DNA of 63,953 bases, the filler included, from Barthelona sp. PAP020 (lineage: Eukaryota), in the NCBI GenBank assembly GCA_040182905.1. It is 5 parts of 5 records of this genome, joined end to end, with 100 filler letters (N's around TTAATTAATTAA, not from the genome) between each part and the next. Parts side by side here need not be neighbours in the genome. Positions count along the whole stretch, not along the records: positions 1 to 13,556 come from JARQWU010000321.1; positions 13,657 to 27,177 come from JARQWU010000322.1; 3 more parts are not named here. One strand, written 5' to 3'. Numbering within the stretch: position 1 is the first letter of the stretch; each line of letters begins with the position of its first letter. The notes beneath the pieces were generated by a model. That model was given only the letters and a program-made list of their open reading frames with translations. It had not been told where the DNA came from and searched no databases. Positions 10,800-20,757 of this stretch are shown here, piece after piece. The translations under genes and the position numbers were made by a program.

Positions 10800-11936
10800 A
10801 TGTCTGGTTTATGTGATCAGTATTTTTCAGAATGTTCTGCATTTAATGTTGCCCCAAGAGATTATTTAATTAAAATATTTGATGATTTAGATACAAAAGC
10901 CGTTGATTTTGATGAATTAAATTTAAAAGGCAATCAAGATGTTTTTTATAAAAATAGATTTGAAAGCATTGAAATTGTCATGTTGATGCAATTCCTTACA
11001 AAAGTTTCAGCTCAATTTACATTCAAAAAATTGGATCTTTCTTTCAATAATATTGATGACACAGGTATGATTGCCATTGGCCAATATTTGGTTAAAGCTG
11101 ACAATTTATTATATCTTGATGTATCTCATAACAATGCTACACCCAAATGTACCAGAGAGTTTGCTCAATCATTTAAAGGATCTAATATTCAATATTTAGA
11201 TATATCAGATAATGATTGGGGAGATGATTTAGGTGAAGTCCTATCCCCTGCTCTTATGCTTTGTCCATCTTTAAAGGTTTTGAAAATATCAAATGTTAAT
11301 TTGAGTGACACTTCTATAATACTTTTATCACACGGATTAAGAGAGCTAAAAGAACTTCAACAGTTGGAATTGAGATATCCTAAGCTCAAATCATTGGATA
11401 ATGAGGCAATTATCCATTTATGTTCTTTATTGAAAAATAATTCCAACATAATGGAGCTTGATTTAGGTGGATGGAGAATTAATGATAGCGTGATTCAAGT
11501 CTTTTGTGAATACATCAATTTCATGAATTTAAGGGCGTTATCCCTTTGTAAAAACGAAATTTCCACCTCTGGGTGTGAATTTTTATTCAATTCATTATTA
11601 AATGTTAAATCATTAGTTTATTTAGACCTCTCTTCCAATAGAATTAACGATAAATCATGTTTACCCATCGGCACATATTTAACCCATCCAAATTGTACAT
11701 TAGAAATCTTAAAGTTGAATAATAACCGAATTTTGTCGGATGGTTTGTTATTATTGGCGGGAGGCATTCAAAGATGTAGAACATTAAAAATGATTTGGTT
11801 ATGGGGTGCTAAATTCGATCATACAGCTGCTTTAGCCATTGAAACTGTTTTGCAACAAGGTGTTGTGGATTCTGATTTGACTTTTTACACAGGACCAAGT
11901 CAAAACAATAGACAAGTTGCTGTAAAATTCAGGTAG
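10800..11936 (+). CDS. LRRC34: RNI-type leucine-rich repeat protein, LRRC34-like
   Basis: LDLSxNxI repeats. LRYPKLKSLDNEAIIHL resembles LNRPILYSEQEESTVHV and IWLWGAKFD resembles IYIWGNKFD of LRRC34. Confidence 0.75.
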   Translation: MSGLCDQYFSECSAFNVAPRDYLIKIFDDLDTKAVDFDELNLKGNQDVFYKNRFESIEIVMLMQFLTKVSAQFTFKKLDLSFNNIDDTGMIAIGQYLVKADNLLYLDVSHNNATPKCTREFAQSFKGSNIQYLDISDNDWGDDLGEVLSPALMLCPSLKVLKISNVNLSDTSIILLSHGLRELKELQQLELRYPKLKSLDNEAIIHLCSLLKNNSNIMELDLGGWRINDSVIQVFCEYINFMNLRALSLCKNEISTSGCEFLFNSLLNVKSLVYLDLSSNRINDKSCLPIGTYLTHPNCTLEILKLNNNRILSDGLLLLAGGIQRCRTLKMIWLWGAKFDHTAALAIETVLQQGVVDSDLTFYTGPSQNNRQVAVKFR

Positions 11937-12094
11937 ATTGCACATAGATGAAATTTAAATAAAAATTTTGTGTTGTTTCTTATTCTATTTTCTTTGTTGT
12001 TGTTTCTTTTTGATGATGATAATATTTTTTAAAAAAACTAATCACATATACAGCTTTTTATTTTTATTTATTCTTATTATTTTCGATTGTATCA

Positions 12095-13144
12095 ATGCTA
12101 TTTACAATTGAATTACCAAATTCATCTCAATTAGAATTAGAAACAGATGAAAATGATCCAATATCATTAATTAAACATTTGATAATTTCTTTATACTCAG
12201 AAATACCTTTGGAAAATATACATATATATTATAGAAATGGTCAAATTTCAGATTTAGAGACATTAAAATCTATTGGATATGTTTCAAATGATGTCTTACA
12301 AATTGTTAATATTCCACCTGGTAATGGACGTATGAAAGATATTTCTCGAGAAAATGCTAGTGTTTTTGAATATGTTAAAGAATTTGTATTAAACAATCCA
12401 AAAGCCTTAACGGAACTGGAACAAAGAAACCCTATTTTAGTTCAAAGTTTGTTATCAAATGATCGCGATAGGTATAATAGTCTAATGAATCAACATAAGC
12501 ACAATTCTTCCAATGGAAAACAGATTGCTCAAAATAATAGAATGAATAGAATTATTGCTGAACGACAAAGAGCCGCTGAAATGTATCCTGAATCATTCAC
12601 TGGGCCAGTTTCATTATTATTTGTTCCTTGCAGATTTAATGGGGTAGATTTCAATGCTTTTATTGATACTGGTGCTCAAACAAGTATTTTATCCCAAAAA
12701 ACTGCCGAAAAATTGGGTTTGATGGATTTGGTTGATCCTATGTTTGGCAGTTTGGTCAAAGGTGTTGGAAATGGAGTTGTGATAGGACGTGTACATTCAG
12801 TTGCCATTGAATTCAATTCTATTGAGGGACAAAAATATTTTTTTACCCATTGGTTTAGTATTTTAGGTGGTGAAGACGATCTAATATTGCTTGGAATGGA
12901 TTTTTTGCGACGCTTTGGTGTGAATTTGAATCTTGCAAATAGAACAATGTCTTTTCCAGATGGACCAATTGTTAATTTTGTTGATGGTGATTTCTTGAAT
13001 AATCCTTTGGCTCAAGATAAAGAAAATCCTGTTAGTTTGTTGATGAAGTCTGCAAACATTTCCAAAAATGAAGCTATTCAATTGCTAAGAGAAAGTGGTG
13101 GAAGAATTGACATAGCGCTTAGAAGATTGGCACAACAACATTGA
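12095..13144 (+). CDS. DDI1: DDI1 (UBL + retroviral-like aspartyl protease + UBA)
   Basis: N-terminal UBL, PESF motif, AFIDTGAQTSI active site, KGVG...GRVH, LLGMDFLRR and a C-terminal UBA-like helix bundle. Confidence 0.92.
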   Translation: MLFTIELPNSSQLELETDENDPISLIKHLIISLYSEIPLENIHIYYRNGQISDLETLKSIGYVSNDVLQIVNIPPGNGRMKDISRENASVFEYVKEFVLNNPKALTELEQRNPILVQSLLSNDRDRYNSLMNQHKHNSSNGKQIAQNNRMNRIIAERQRAAEMYPESFTGPVSLLFVPCRFNGVDFNAFIDTGAQTSILSQKTAEKLGLMDLVDPMFGSLVKGVGNGVVIGRVHSVAIEFNSIEGQKYFFTHWFSILGGEDDLILLGMDFLRRFGVNLNLANRTMSFPDGPIVNFVDGDFLNNPLAQDKENPVSLLMKSANISKNEAIQLLRESGGRIDIALRRLAQQH

Positions 13145-13459
13145 CTTAAAAAATATCATCAGATATATTCATTTTTTGGGAAAGGGTTTTTGTCCAATCA
13201 ATATTGAAATTTTTCAAATGTAAATAATTAGTATTTTTATCGTTTCACAGGTGCTTTTTTATTCATTTTCTTTTTTTTTTCTTTTCCAAAAAACTAAAAA
13301 CAGCAAAAAAGAAGAATTTGAAATCAAAGCTGAAAACTCATTAACTAAAAACTTTATTGGTAGTTTTGTAAATGTAATTGTCAATTCAGGGTGTTTAAAT
13401 TTAATAAACTAATCAATTCAATTTTTGAAAAAAAATTTGAATTTTCAATTCAAATTGTT

Positions 13460-13556
13460 ATGACAACTCCAACTCTTAAAACTTGTTTTGAACGTGTGAA
13501 ACGTTATGTTGAGGTTAATTCTTTGGCAATCAAAGATCCTTTTATTGATTTTGATC
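13460..13556 (+). CDS. 5' end of an unidentified CDS truncated by the contig join (MTTPTLKTCFERVKRYVEVNSLAIKDPFIDFD)
   Basis: ATG follows an AT-rich spacer and the frame stays open to the N run. Confidence 0.45.
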
Positions 13557-13656
13557 NNNNNNNNNNNNNNNNNNNNNNNNNNNNNNNNNNNNNNNNNNNN
13601 TTAATTAATTAANNNNNNNNNNNNNNNNNNNNNNNNNNNNNNNNNNNNNNNNNNNN
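13557..13656. other. Artificial contig linker N44-TTAATTAATTAA-N44
   Basis: The identical 100-nt block occurs four times, and the 12-mer places stops in all six frames. Confidence 0.97.
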
Positions 13657-13963
13657 AATAAAAAGTCAATTCTTTCCACAGCATTATTAATCTTCATCGA
13701 TGATTGTGCCATTTTTTTCACAATTCTTGAACTTTTAGGCTTCGGAATTTCAAACAAATATTCGTTTATCGCAATGAATAATGCACTTAATTGTTCAATG
13801 TTTCTAAAAGTTAGTGAATTAAATAAATCAACAAACAATACTGTTCAATTATTATTTTGTTAGTGGATTCTAAAATGGATTCTTCCGTTAAAGTATCGTG
13901 TTCAGTTGTCATACAATTTGTAAAAAGGAAAATTACAGTTGATTTTATTTTGCTTTCATTCAT
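13657..13963 (-). CDS. RPN6: N-terminal part of an RPN6/PSMD11-like proteasome lid subunit; exons 13963-13842 and 13803-13657, truncated by the linker
   Basis: Spliced EESILESTNKIIIEQ-NIEQLSALFIAINEYLFEIPKPKSSRIVKKM resembles PSMD11 EQSILELG...[28 protein letters not shown]. Start codon uncertain. Confidence 0.6.
13804..13841 (-). other. 38-nt spliceosomal intron (GTATTG...ACTAACTTTTAG)
   Basis: GT-AG ends with ACTAAC plus 6 nt. Removal restores the frame. Confidence 0.8.
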
Positions 13964-14114
13964 GTTTCACATTTTTTGTACAAAGTTTTTCTTCCCATAC
14001 ATACAAGAGATAAAAAATAAAAAAATATTAACCTTTATTATTGTATTAAATTGTAAAAAAATCAATAATTCCATTAATGTGTTATCAACCACTCAAAAAA
14101 TATAATGTTGCAAT

Positions 14115-15317
14115 TTAAATTGTTCTAAATATTTTTCCAATTGGAGAATTTCTTTCAAGAAATGCAGAAGATAAATTCTTATTGGAAACTGCTTCAAACC
14201 AACGAATTGCGGCGGCTGCTGCGGCTGTGGTTGAATAACTAACAAGACCAAAGGTTTTTGGATGGGAATTGTTTGTATCTACATTACTAACCAAAATTTT
14301 TGAACCGATAACAGAACCAAAAGGAGAAAATAGTTCCTTCATTTCATCATCTGACATCGAAGAAGGCACTTCATGTACCAATAAATTAGCACCATTTGGA
14401 CCTTCAACATAATCTTTCACACCGTGTAAAGTCAATAATGGTCTCAACGTTGGATAAGCAGCTCTCATCTTTGAAACTTTAATTAGTCCCGCAAATGGAT
14501 ATGTGAAATGAATGGAAGAAGTGTTTTCAGAAAATGATTCTGAATATGTTTCAGAAACAGTGTAATTAGATTCGCTAGCATTGTCACTGAACTTATTTGA
14601 TGTGTTGCTAACAATAATTGATGAATTAACTGAACAGGTTGAACTTTCATCCGTTGTTGAGGCAATTGAAATTGAATCACTTGAATCAAATCCTAGGTCT
14701 TCGTAAATGGCATTCATTTTTCTTTCTAATTTCTGTTGTTGACTGTCAGCAAACTTAATTACACAATTATGACGACTGTTGGTAAACAATTTCTGATTGT
14801 TATATCTGCGCATCAATTCCACTGCATCTTCTCTTTTTTTCATTCGAACAAATGCACAACCTTTTGAGTTCAAATCCTGATCTCTTAAAACACATATTTC
14901 GTCAATGGGACCAATTTCCTGAAACAACCTGTCCAATTCTAACTCACCAACATTTTTGGGAATCATCCCAACAAATAATTTATGAGTTAAAGAAGATGGA
15001 TCTGGATTATATTGTTTTGTTGACATTTGACTGTTTGATACATGAGGTGTAGCAAATTTAGTTCCTGACGCCCATTTTATTTGTAAAGGATTGGTCATTC
15101 CAGGTAAAGTACGATGATTATGCAAAGTTTGAATAGCTTGCTCTGCGTCTTGCAAATTTTTAAAAATGCAAAAACCACAACCTCTTGATTGACCAGTTCT
15201 TTTATCTCTAATAATTACCACTTCTTCAATATTGCCAAATGAAACAAATAATTCGTGAAGATTATCTTCGTTATAAAATTTTGGTAATTGTCCAACGAAT
15301 ATCTTGTAAATATCCAT
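14115..15317 (-). CDS. CELF/Bruno-like RNA-binding protein (three RRMs)
   Basis: KIFVGQLP, SRGCGF, LPGMTNPLQIKWA, KLFVGMIP, SKGCAFV, IKFADS and EGPNGANL before RRM3. Confidence 0.9.
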   Translation of the reverse strand: MDIYKIFVGQLPKFYNEDNLHELFVSFGNIEEVVIIRDKRTGQSRGCGFCIFKNLQDAEQAIQTLHNHRTLPGMTNPLQIKWASGTKFATPHVSNSQMSTKQYNPDPSSLTHKLFVGMIPKNVGELELDRLFQEIGPIDEICVLRDQDLNSKGCAFVRMKKREDAVELMRRYNNQKLFTNSRHNCVIKFADSQQQKLERKMNAIYEDLGFDSSDSISIASTTDESSTCSVNSSIIVSNTSNKFSDNASESNYTVSETYSESFSENTSSIHFTYPFAGLIKVSKMRAAYPTLRPLLTLHGVKDYVEGPNGANLLVHEVPSSMSDDEMKELFSPFGSVIGSKILVSNVDTNNSHPKTFGLVSYSTTAAAAAAIRWFEAVSNKNLSSAFLERNSPIGKIFRTI

Positions 15318-15527
15318 TGTAAATTGTTACAAAAGCACCTTGAATTAATAAATAATAATGAGATATATTAATTTTTTTTTTCTGTTCGTAGTATTAGTAA
15401 ATATTAATTGGGGTTTTCATTTTGAAGAAAAGTTTCCAACAATGTTAATACACAAAAGTCTCAATAATAAATTAACCATAAATCATTACTCATAACAAAG
15501 CATGAAAACAAAAACAAAAAAAGAAAT

Positions 15528-17141
15528 TTATTTTTTAACAAATATAAAGAAAATAAACAACAAAATAAACAATATAATGGAACAAATACTATTAATTGTT
15601 TTTCTAAAAGTAGATTCAGGAATTGGAAAATCAAATAACGGAATTTCAATTGGTTTCATGAAACTCGTACTGGTACAATGTCCAAAATATCCTTCTTCAA
15701 TTAAATCAAACTCTCTTAAAAGTAAATCAGTTGAATCAAATAAATTCAATAATGAATATCTCGCTTTTGTGCTCAACATGATCAAAGCTTTATCATTATT
15801 GGAAGAAACAAATAATCCTGAGCCTTGAATACTGGCAACAACTTCAGGATTTAAAACGTTACACAACATTTTATGATACAACTTTAAAATCAGATTAAAA
15901 TCTGGATTTGATTCGAAACTAACATAGAAAAAAACACAAAAACCTAAACCGAACCTACCTGAAGCCCTTTTGGGAAAAAGAGTGTCGTTATCCATCACTT
16001 TTAAATCTAAAGGAATCACAAAAATGTTCTTTGTTGGAAGTTCCTTTGAAAAAGAATGTATTGCAAGGGGAAATCCAACACCCTTCAAATTTAAAGAAAT
16101 AGAAAAGGTTGGTAAAATATTTGGCTGCAAATGTTTTAAAACTTTTGAAGTAACCAAATTTTGCAATTTTTTATCTCCATTTATCAAAGGTAATAAAGGT
16201 AAAGAACAAGAACAACTTAATACATTGGATAAATGTAATAAAACCCCAAAAAAGTCCCAATTTCTTGCTTTTCCTTCCAAAATTGGAGGATATCCTGCCT
16301 CAATTAAAAAAGGAAGTGAATTACTGTTGGCCTTTTGATAGAGAGATCTTAGTTCCCTTTGAAAATCAGGTAAATGTCCAATCTTTACATCAAATGGCGC
16401 AACAACAAAGATGTTATTTGTCTGTTCAAATCGACTGAAATCCATGCAAGAATCAAAAAACATGGTGGATGATAGACCACCATTATAGAGAGGTAAAACA
16501 CCCATACGCAAATTTGGATATGTACTATCAAGTCTTTTGGCAAATGTGTACATAAACCTATGAGTTCGATCAATAGCATGTTCAACAATTGAAGATCTAT
16601 TGGAAAATAGTTTAGGGGAAAGATATGATGAAGTGAATATCTTACTTAAACTTACAATTCCCAAAAGTGATGGGTACATGGCTATATCTCCCAACAAATC
16701 GAATATTCTTTCAGTATATGAAGAATGTTCGTTGGTATTCCAAAACTTATGTATTTTCTGCTCAAAATCATTATTCTTAGCATTAAAAGGCTTCAACAAA
16801 AAGGATCGTTGGGAGTATTTTGCTCGAAAGTTATAATAACAAGAGAGATAATCAATACCTCCCATAATAGACGGAAAATGAAAAGGTTGAAAAGATAAAA
16901 TACATAAAATTCGATTATGAGAACAAGTTTGCAAAAAGTTAGAAAGTTGTGTTGATAACTCTTTAATATATCCTTTTTTAGCTCTTGGTGATAAAGTAAC
17001 AATCAAATGAATACCATTAAAATTGTGTTTAGCTATTTCAGATACCAAAAGATCACAAGTTGCAGACATACCATTCATAAGTTGTTTAAAATCCACTCGA
17101 AAAAACCGTATTTGATTGAACAAATGTGCAGGAAATAACAT
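15528..17141 (-). CDS. Hypothetical protein with C-terminal transmembrane anchor; possible degenerate TIM-barrel glycoside hydrolase fold
   Basis: ORF of about 540 aa ending SIILFILLFIFFIFVKK, with a PFLIEAGYP motif. Start uncertain (first ATG at 17141). Confidence 0.6.
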   Translation of the reverse strand: MLFPAHLFNQIRFFRVDFKQLMNGMSATCDLLVSEIAKHNFNGIHLIVTLSPRAKKGYIKELSTQLSNFLQTCSHNRILCILSFQPFHFPSIMGGIDYLSCYYNFRAKYSQRSFLLKPFNAKNNDFEQKIHKFWNTNEHSSYTERIFDLLGDIAMYPSLLGIVSLSKIFTSSYLSPKLFSNRSSIVEHAIDRTHRFMYTFAKRLDSTYPNLRMGVLPLYNGGLSSTMFFDSCMDFSRFEQTNNIFVVAPFDVKIGHLPDFQRELRSLYQKANSNSLPFLIEAGYPPILEGKARNWDFFGVLLHLSNVLSCSCSLPLLPLINGDKKLQNLVTSKVLKHLQPNILPTFSISLNLKGVGFPLAIHSFSKELPTKNIFVIPLDLKVMDNDTLFPKRASGRFGLGFCVFFYVSFESNPDFNLILKLYHKMLCNVLNPEVVASIQGSGLFVSSNNDKALIMLSTKARYSLLNLFDSTDLLLREFDLIEEGYFGHCTSTSFMKPIEIPLFDFPIPESTFRKTINSICSIILFILLFIFFIFVKK

Positions 17142-17270
17142 GAAGAATTTCAATCAATTATTATAACATAAGAATAATGATAAAAAGAATTGAACTGTTT
17201 CTTATTTCAGATTTTTTTTTATTGTCTTCGTATTATTGTTTTATTTTTTCAAACAACGATCAAATAATCC

Positions 17271-18263
17271 ATGAGTGTAGAATACAGCAGATTACCCAAA
17301 CAAGTTAAATTATCTATGGGTGCAGAAGTAATCAAATTAGGTATTTCTAAAACCGGATATTTTGCATATAGTATTAATTCCAAAGGAATTTTAACTTTGA
17401 TTGAATTAGATTTATTGGAAAAACGTGGAGAATTTGAAAAAGATTCTGTTCAATTGGCCAAATTAAGACCCAATTCAAATAGAGATAAATTTATGGTTCA
17501 ATGTCATCCAGATGCACCTTTTGTTGCTGTTTGTTGGGATAATGTCATCAACTTCTATGACCTTTTACACGCTAATTCCAGAAGTAGATTTGAAAATGTC
17601 ATTCAATTGCCATCTAATTTAACTATTACCTGTTTCTCATTTTTACCTATTGGAAATCAAATGTTAGTTGGAGCTCATAATGGAACATTACATTTATTTG
17701 ACCTTCAGACTTTTGCTTTTGAGGATACTTTGGGGACTGCTGCAATCCCTAACTATCAAGATTATCCCATCACTCATATAGTGTTTGATTTTGATTATTT
17801 TGCCGTCGGACACAGAGATAATCGTGTAACAATATGGAATGCTTCTTGTGGTGAATATCTTTTCGTTATAAATTTCCAGAAGCCTGTTGAAAATATATTT
17901 TTCGGTGAAGGTGGTAATTGTTTGTATATTGCCGGTAAACAAGAAATTAGAAGATATGATATTTATAAAAGTGGACCAGTTGAGAAAAGAACGTATCATA
18001 ACAATGGTCAAGAATTTAAGTATGCTCAGTGCATCGAAAATAGAACCATAATTGTTGCTGCAAATGAATCTAACCTGTTGTTTTGGGATGTAAATGCTAA
18101 CGGTGAACCATTTAATCAATTGTTAACTGGTTTTACAAAGAATAGTGATTTGGTTTCTTGTGACAATTATGAAGGTGGTGACACTTTATTATTTGTTGCA
18201 GGTTTTCAAGGTGGTAGTGGTGCTGCACCTTCTTTTTTCAAACGTGTTACACAAGAAGAGTGA
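17271..18263 (+). CDS. WD40-repeat protein (330 aa)
   Basis: Repeats GAHNGTLHLFDL, GHRDNRVTIWN and NLLFWDV. Confidence 0.8.
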   Translation: MSVEYSRLPKQVKLSMGAEVIKLGISKTGYFAYSINSKGILTLIELDLLEKRGEFEKDSVQLAKLRPNSNRDKFMVQCHPDAPFVAVCWDNVINFYDLLHANSRSRFENVIQLPSNLTITCFSFLPIGNQMLVGAHNGTLHLFDLQTFAFEDTLGTAAIPNYQDYPITHIVFDFDYFAVGHRDNRVTIWNASCGEYLFVINFQKPVENIFFGEGGNCLYIAGKQEIRRYDIYKSGPVEKRTYHNNGQEFKYAQCIENRTIIVAANESNLLFWDVNANGEPFNQLLTGFTKNSDLVSCDNYEGGDTLLFVAGFQGGSGAAPSFFKRVTQEE

Positions 18264-18433
18264 ATAAAGTAAAAATATAGATAAATTTAATGTTTGTTTT
18301 GTTTTCTTTCTTTATATTAATCATTTCAGAATTATTATATTAATTTATTATTTGACAAATCTTTATTAAAATATAAAGTGCAAAAAATAAGTTAATAAAT
18401 ATTCCAAAAGCTTTAACTTTTTTTTTAATTTCA

Positions 18434-20094
18434 ATGTCACAATTTACCTTTCCTTGTCAAAAGAAGGGAACATTTTCAAGGAGTAACATACAATTAAGTG
18501 TGAATCCTATGGAATTGGAAGAACAAACTACTTCCGGGAAAACCAATAACTCCATTATTTTGGGCGATATTCTTGTAAGCAAAATGTTTTTTATATTATA
18601 CTAACTTATTTTCAATAGAGAGTAGAAACACCCGATGATGAATTGGATAAAATTATTATTGTCACTGAAAGTACTGAATATCCATATTTCTTTACTGATT
18701 TATTAACTAAGTATAATTTTATGCAAACTTTAAGAGCTTGTATGTTTGGAAAAATGACCGGAAAAGAAGTTGAAGAAGATTTGCAACCTGAACCTTTAAA
18801 ATTGTACATTGGTACTTGGAATATGGGTAATTCTGCACCTCCTCGTAGATTATCTGGTTGGATTCCCAAACAAGGAAATCATCTATATGTTATTGGTGTT
18901 CAAGAAGCCACATATAAACCAAGAGATGGTTTTTCCAACGCTTCTAATGATTGGCTGGGTGTTTTAAAGGTATATTTTGGTGATCAATACTCGGTTATTG
19001 CTGATGTAGGTTTGGGCGAAATTAGAATGTTGGTATTCTGTCATAACAATTATGTGAATCGTATTAGTCATGTTAGAACAGATACAGAAGCCACAGGTGT
19101 TGCTGGAGTAATTGCTAACAAAGGTGGTGGTTGTTGTCGTTTGAATTTCAACAATACTAGCTTATGCTTCATTAACGCACATTTAGCTGCTCATCAGGAC
19201 AAGTGGGAGAACCGTAATGATAATTTCAAAGAAATTGTTCAAAATATAAAAGGGGTAGGTTTACCCGGTGTTGACATTCTTAATCAGTTTGACTATGTCT
19301 TTTTCTTTGGAGATTTGAACTACAGAATCAATTTGCCTAGAGATCAAGTTTGTGAATTGGTTACACAGCAGGATTGGGACACTTTGTATGCTCATGATCA
19401 ATTAGGTGATCAAAGAGAAGCAATGCAAGCCTTTGTTGGGTTTCAAGAAGGAAAGATCGAGTTTCCTCCTACTTATAGATATACTCGTGGTACTAACGAG
19501 TATAACCCTGAGAAGGGTAGAATACCTGCTTGGTGTGACCGTATCTTGTGGAAACCTGCTCCTGGAAACAGATTATTAATAACTAACTACAATTCATGCC
19601 AAAGCATTGATACGTCGGATCATAAACCAGTTTTTGCTACATTTGCTTTGCCTACTTTTAGACCTACTGGAGCGATCAGCAAACCATTGAAGGCATCTAT
19701 TAAAATTTCAAAATTAAGAGCAACAAACCTTCCATCAATGGATCTGAATGGAGAAGCTGATTGTTACGTTGTTTTTGGCGGTAATTTTGTTGAAGCACCA
19801 ATTAAAACAAGCACTGTTTTGGTGACAAGAGAACCGGTTTGGCCTGATAATGAAGTTTCCGTGCTAACCCCTTTTATCACTGGACCTAAAGCATTAAGTC
19901 AACAGTTCATTGTTGCTCAAATTTGGGATTGGGATAGAATGAGTCCTGATGATTTGATTGGATACTGCATGATACCTCTGACACATGCTACTGGTATTTG
20001 TTTCCCTCAACCTTTTGAATGCACAATTTTATATAATGGTACTCCTGCTGGAGTTTTAAGAGGCACCCTTCAAGTTGAATATCATTTTGAATAG
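18434..20094 (+). CDS. Inositol polyphosphate 5-phosphatase with N-terminal PH-like region and C-terminal C2 (SHIP-like); exons 18434-18574 and 18619-20094
   Basis: IGTWNMGN, IGVQE, NKGG, NAHLAAH, FFFGDLNYR, PAWCDRILWK and SDHKPV, followed by a C2 domain (NLPSMDLNGEADCYV, WDWDRMSPDDLIG). Confidence 0.92.
18575..18618 (+). other. 44-nt spliceosomal intron (GTAAGC...TACTAACTTATTTTCAATAG)
   Basis: GT-AG ends with a TACTAAC branch point. Removal joins the 47-codon ATG exon in frame. Confidence 0.85.
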
Positions 20095-20314
20095 TTTCGT
20101 TTGTTTGAATATTGTAAAAAAAATTTTTTTTGTTTATAAGGGTTTTTTTGTTTAATAATTTACAAAGAAAGAAAATTCAAAGGAAAAATGTGGAAAAGAA
20201 AATTATTTTCAAATTGAAAAGATACGATGGTACATTGAAAAATACACCAAAAACTCAAAAATAAACAATATAATTAAATTCCTTTTACATTCGTTTGAGG
20301 TTATTCCTTAACAT

Positions 20315-20659
20315 TTATATTTTTGATTCCTTATTTTCCATTTTCTCCGATAAAAATTGTTGAACTCTTTTATTTAAATCAATACGTAGGTCTTGTGGGA
20401 ATGTTTCTCTTGCAAATATCGATATTTCATCACATAATTCATCAGAATTGATGGATTCAACACCTTTTGTTCTAATGACCTCCTGACAATGTTTTTTTAA
20501 TTGATCTCTCCAACCTTCATTCACTAATTTCGCACGTAAAATATCTCGTAACTCTTCTTCATATCCTGATGAAGCTAATATTTCTTGCATTTCAAGTATC
20601 AAACTTTCTTCGGATGGAAACTCAGTTTTTGTGGTTATTGTTTGTAATTCATCTGACAT
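20315..20659 (-). CDS. ENY2: ENY2/Sus1 (SAGA DUB module and TREX-2)
   Basis: SGYEEELRDILRAKLVNEGWRDQLKKHCQEVIRTKG...ARETFPQDLR...RVQQFL. Confidence 0.9.
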   Translation of the reverse strand: MSDELQTITTKTEFPSEESLILEMQEILASSGYEEELRDILRAKLVNEGWRDQLKKHCQEVIRTKGVESINSDELCDEISIFARETFPQDLRIDLNKRVQQFLSEKMENKESKI

Positions 20660-20757
20660 AATATGGAGTCGAAAAAAAATATTTTTTTTTTGTGGTTGAA
20701 AATTGAAATTGGGTTTTGAAAAAGGATCGGAAGTAAACTTTTTTTTTTCAACTTATT

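Noticed and set aside
12640..12960. Retroviral-type aspartyl protease (DTGAQ) as a retrotransposon
   Set aside because: It is flanked by UBL and UBA domains, which makes it host DDI1. No RT, integrase or LTRs are present.
15382..15451. Possible 70-nt 5'-UTR intron upstream of CELF (GTATTA...TACTAATACTACGAACAG)
   Set aside because: The length is atypical, it probably overlaps the upstream gene's 3' UTR, and no frame test is possible.
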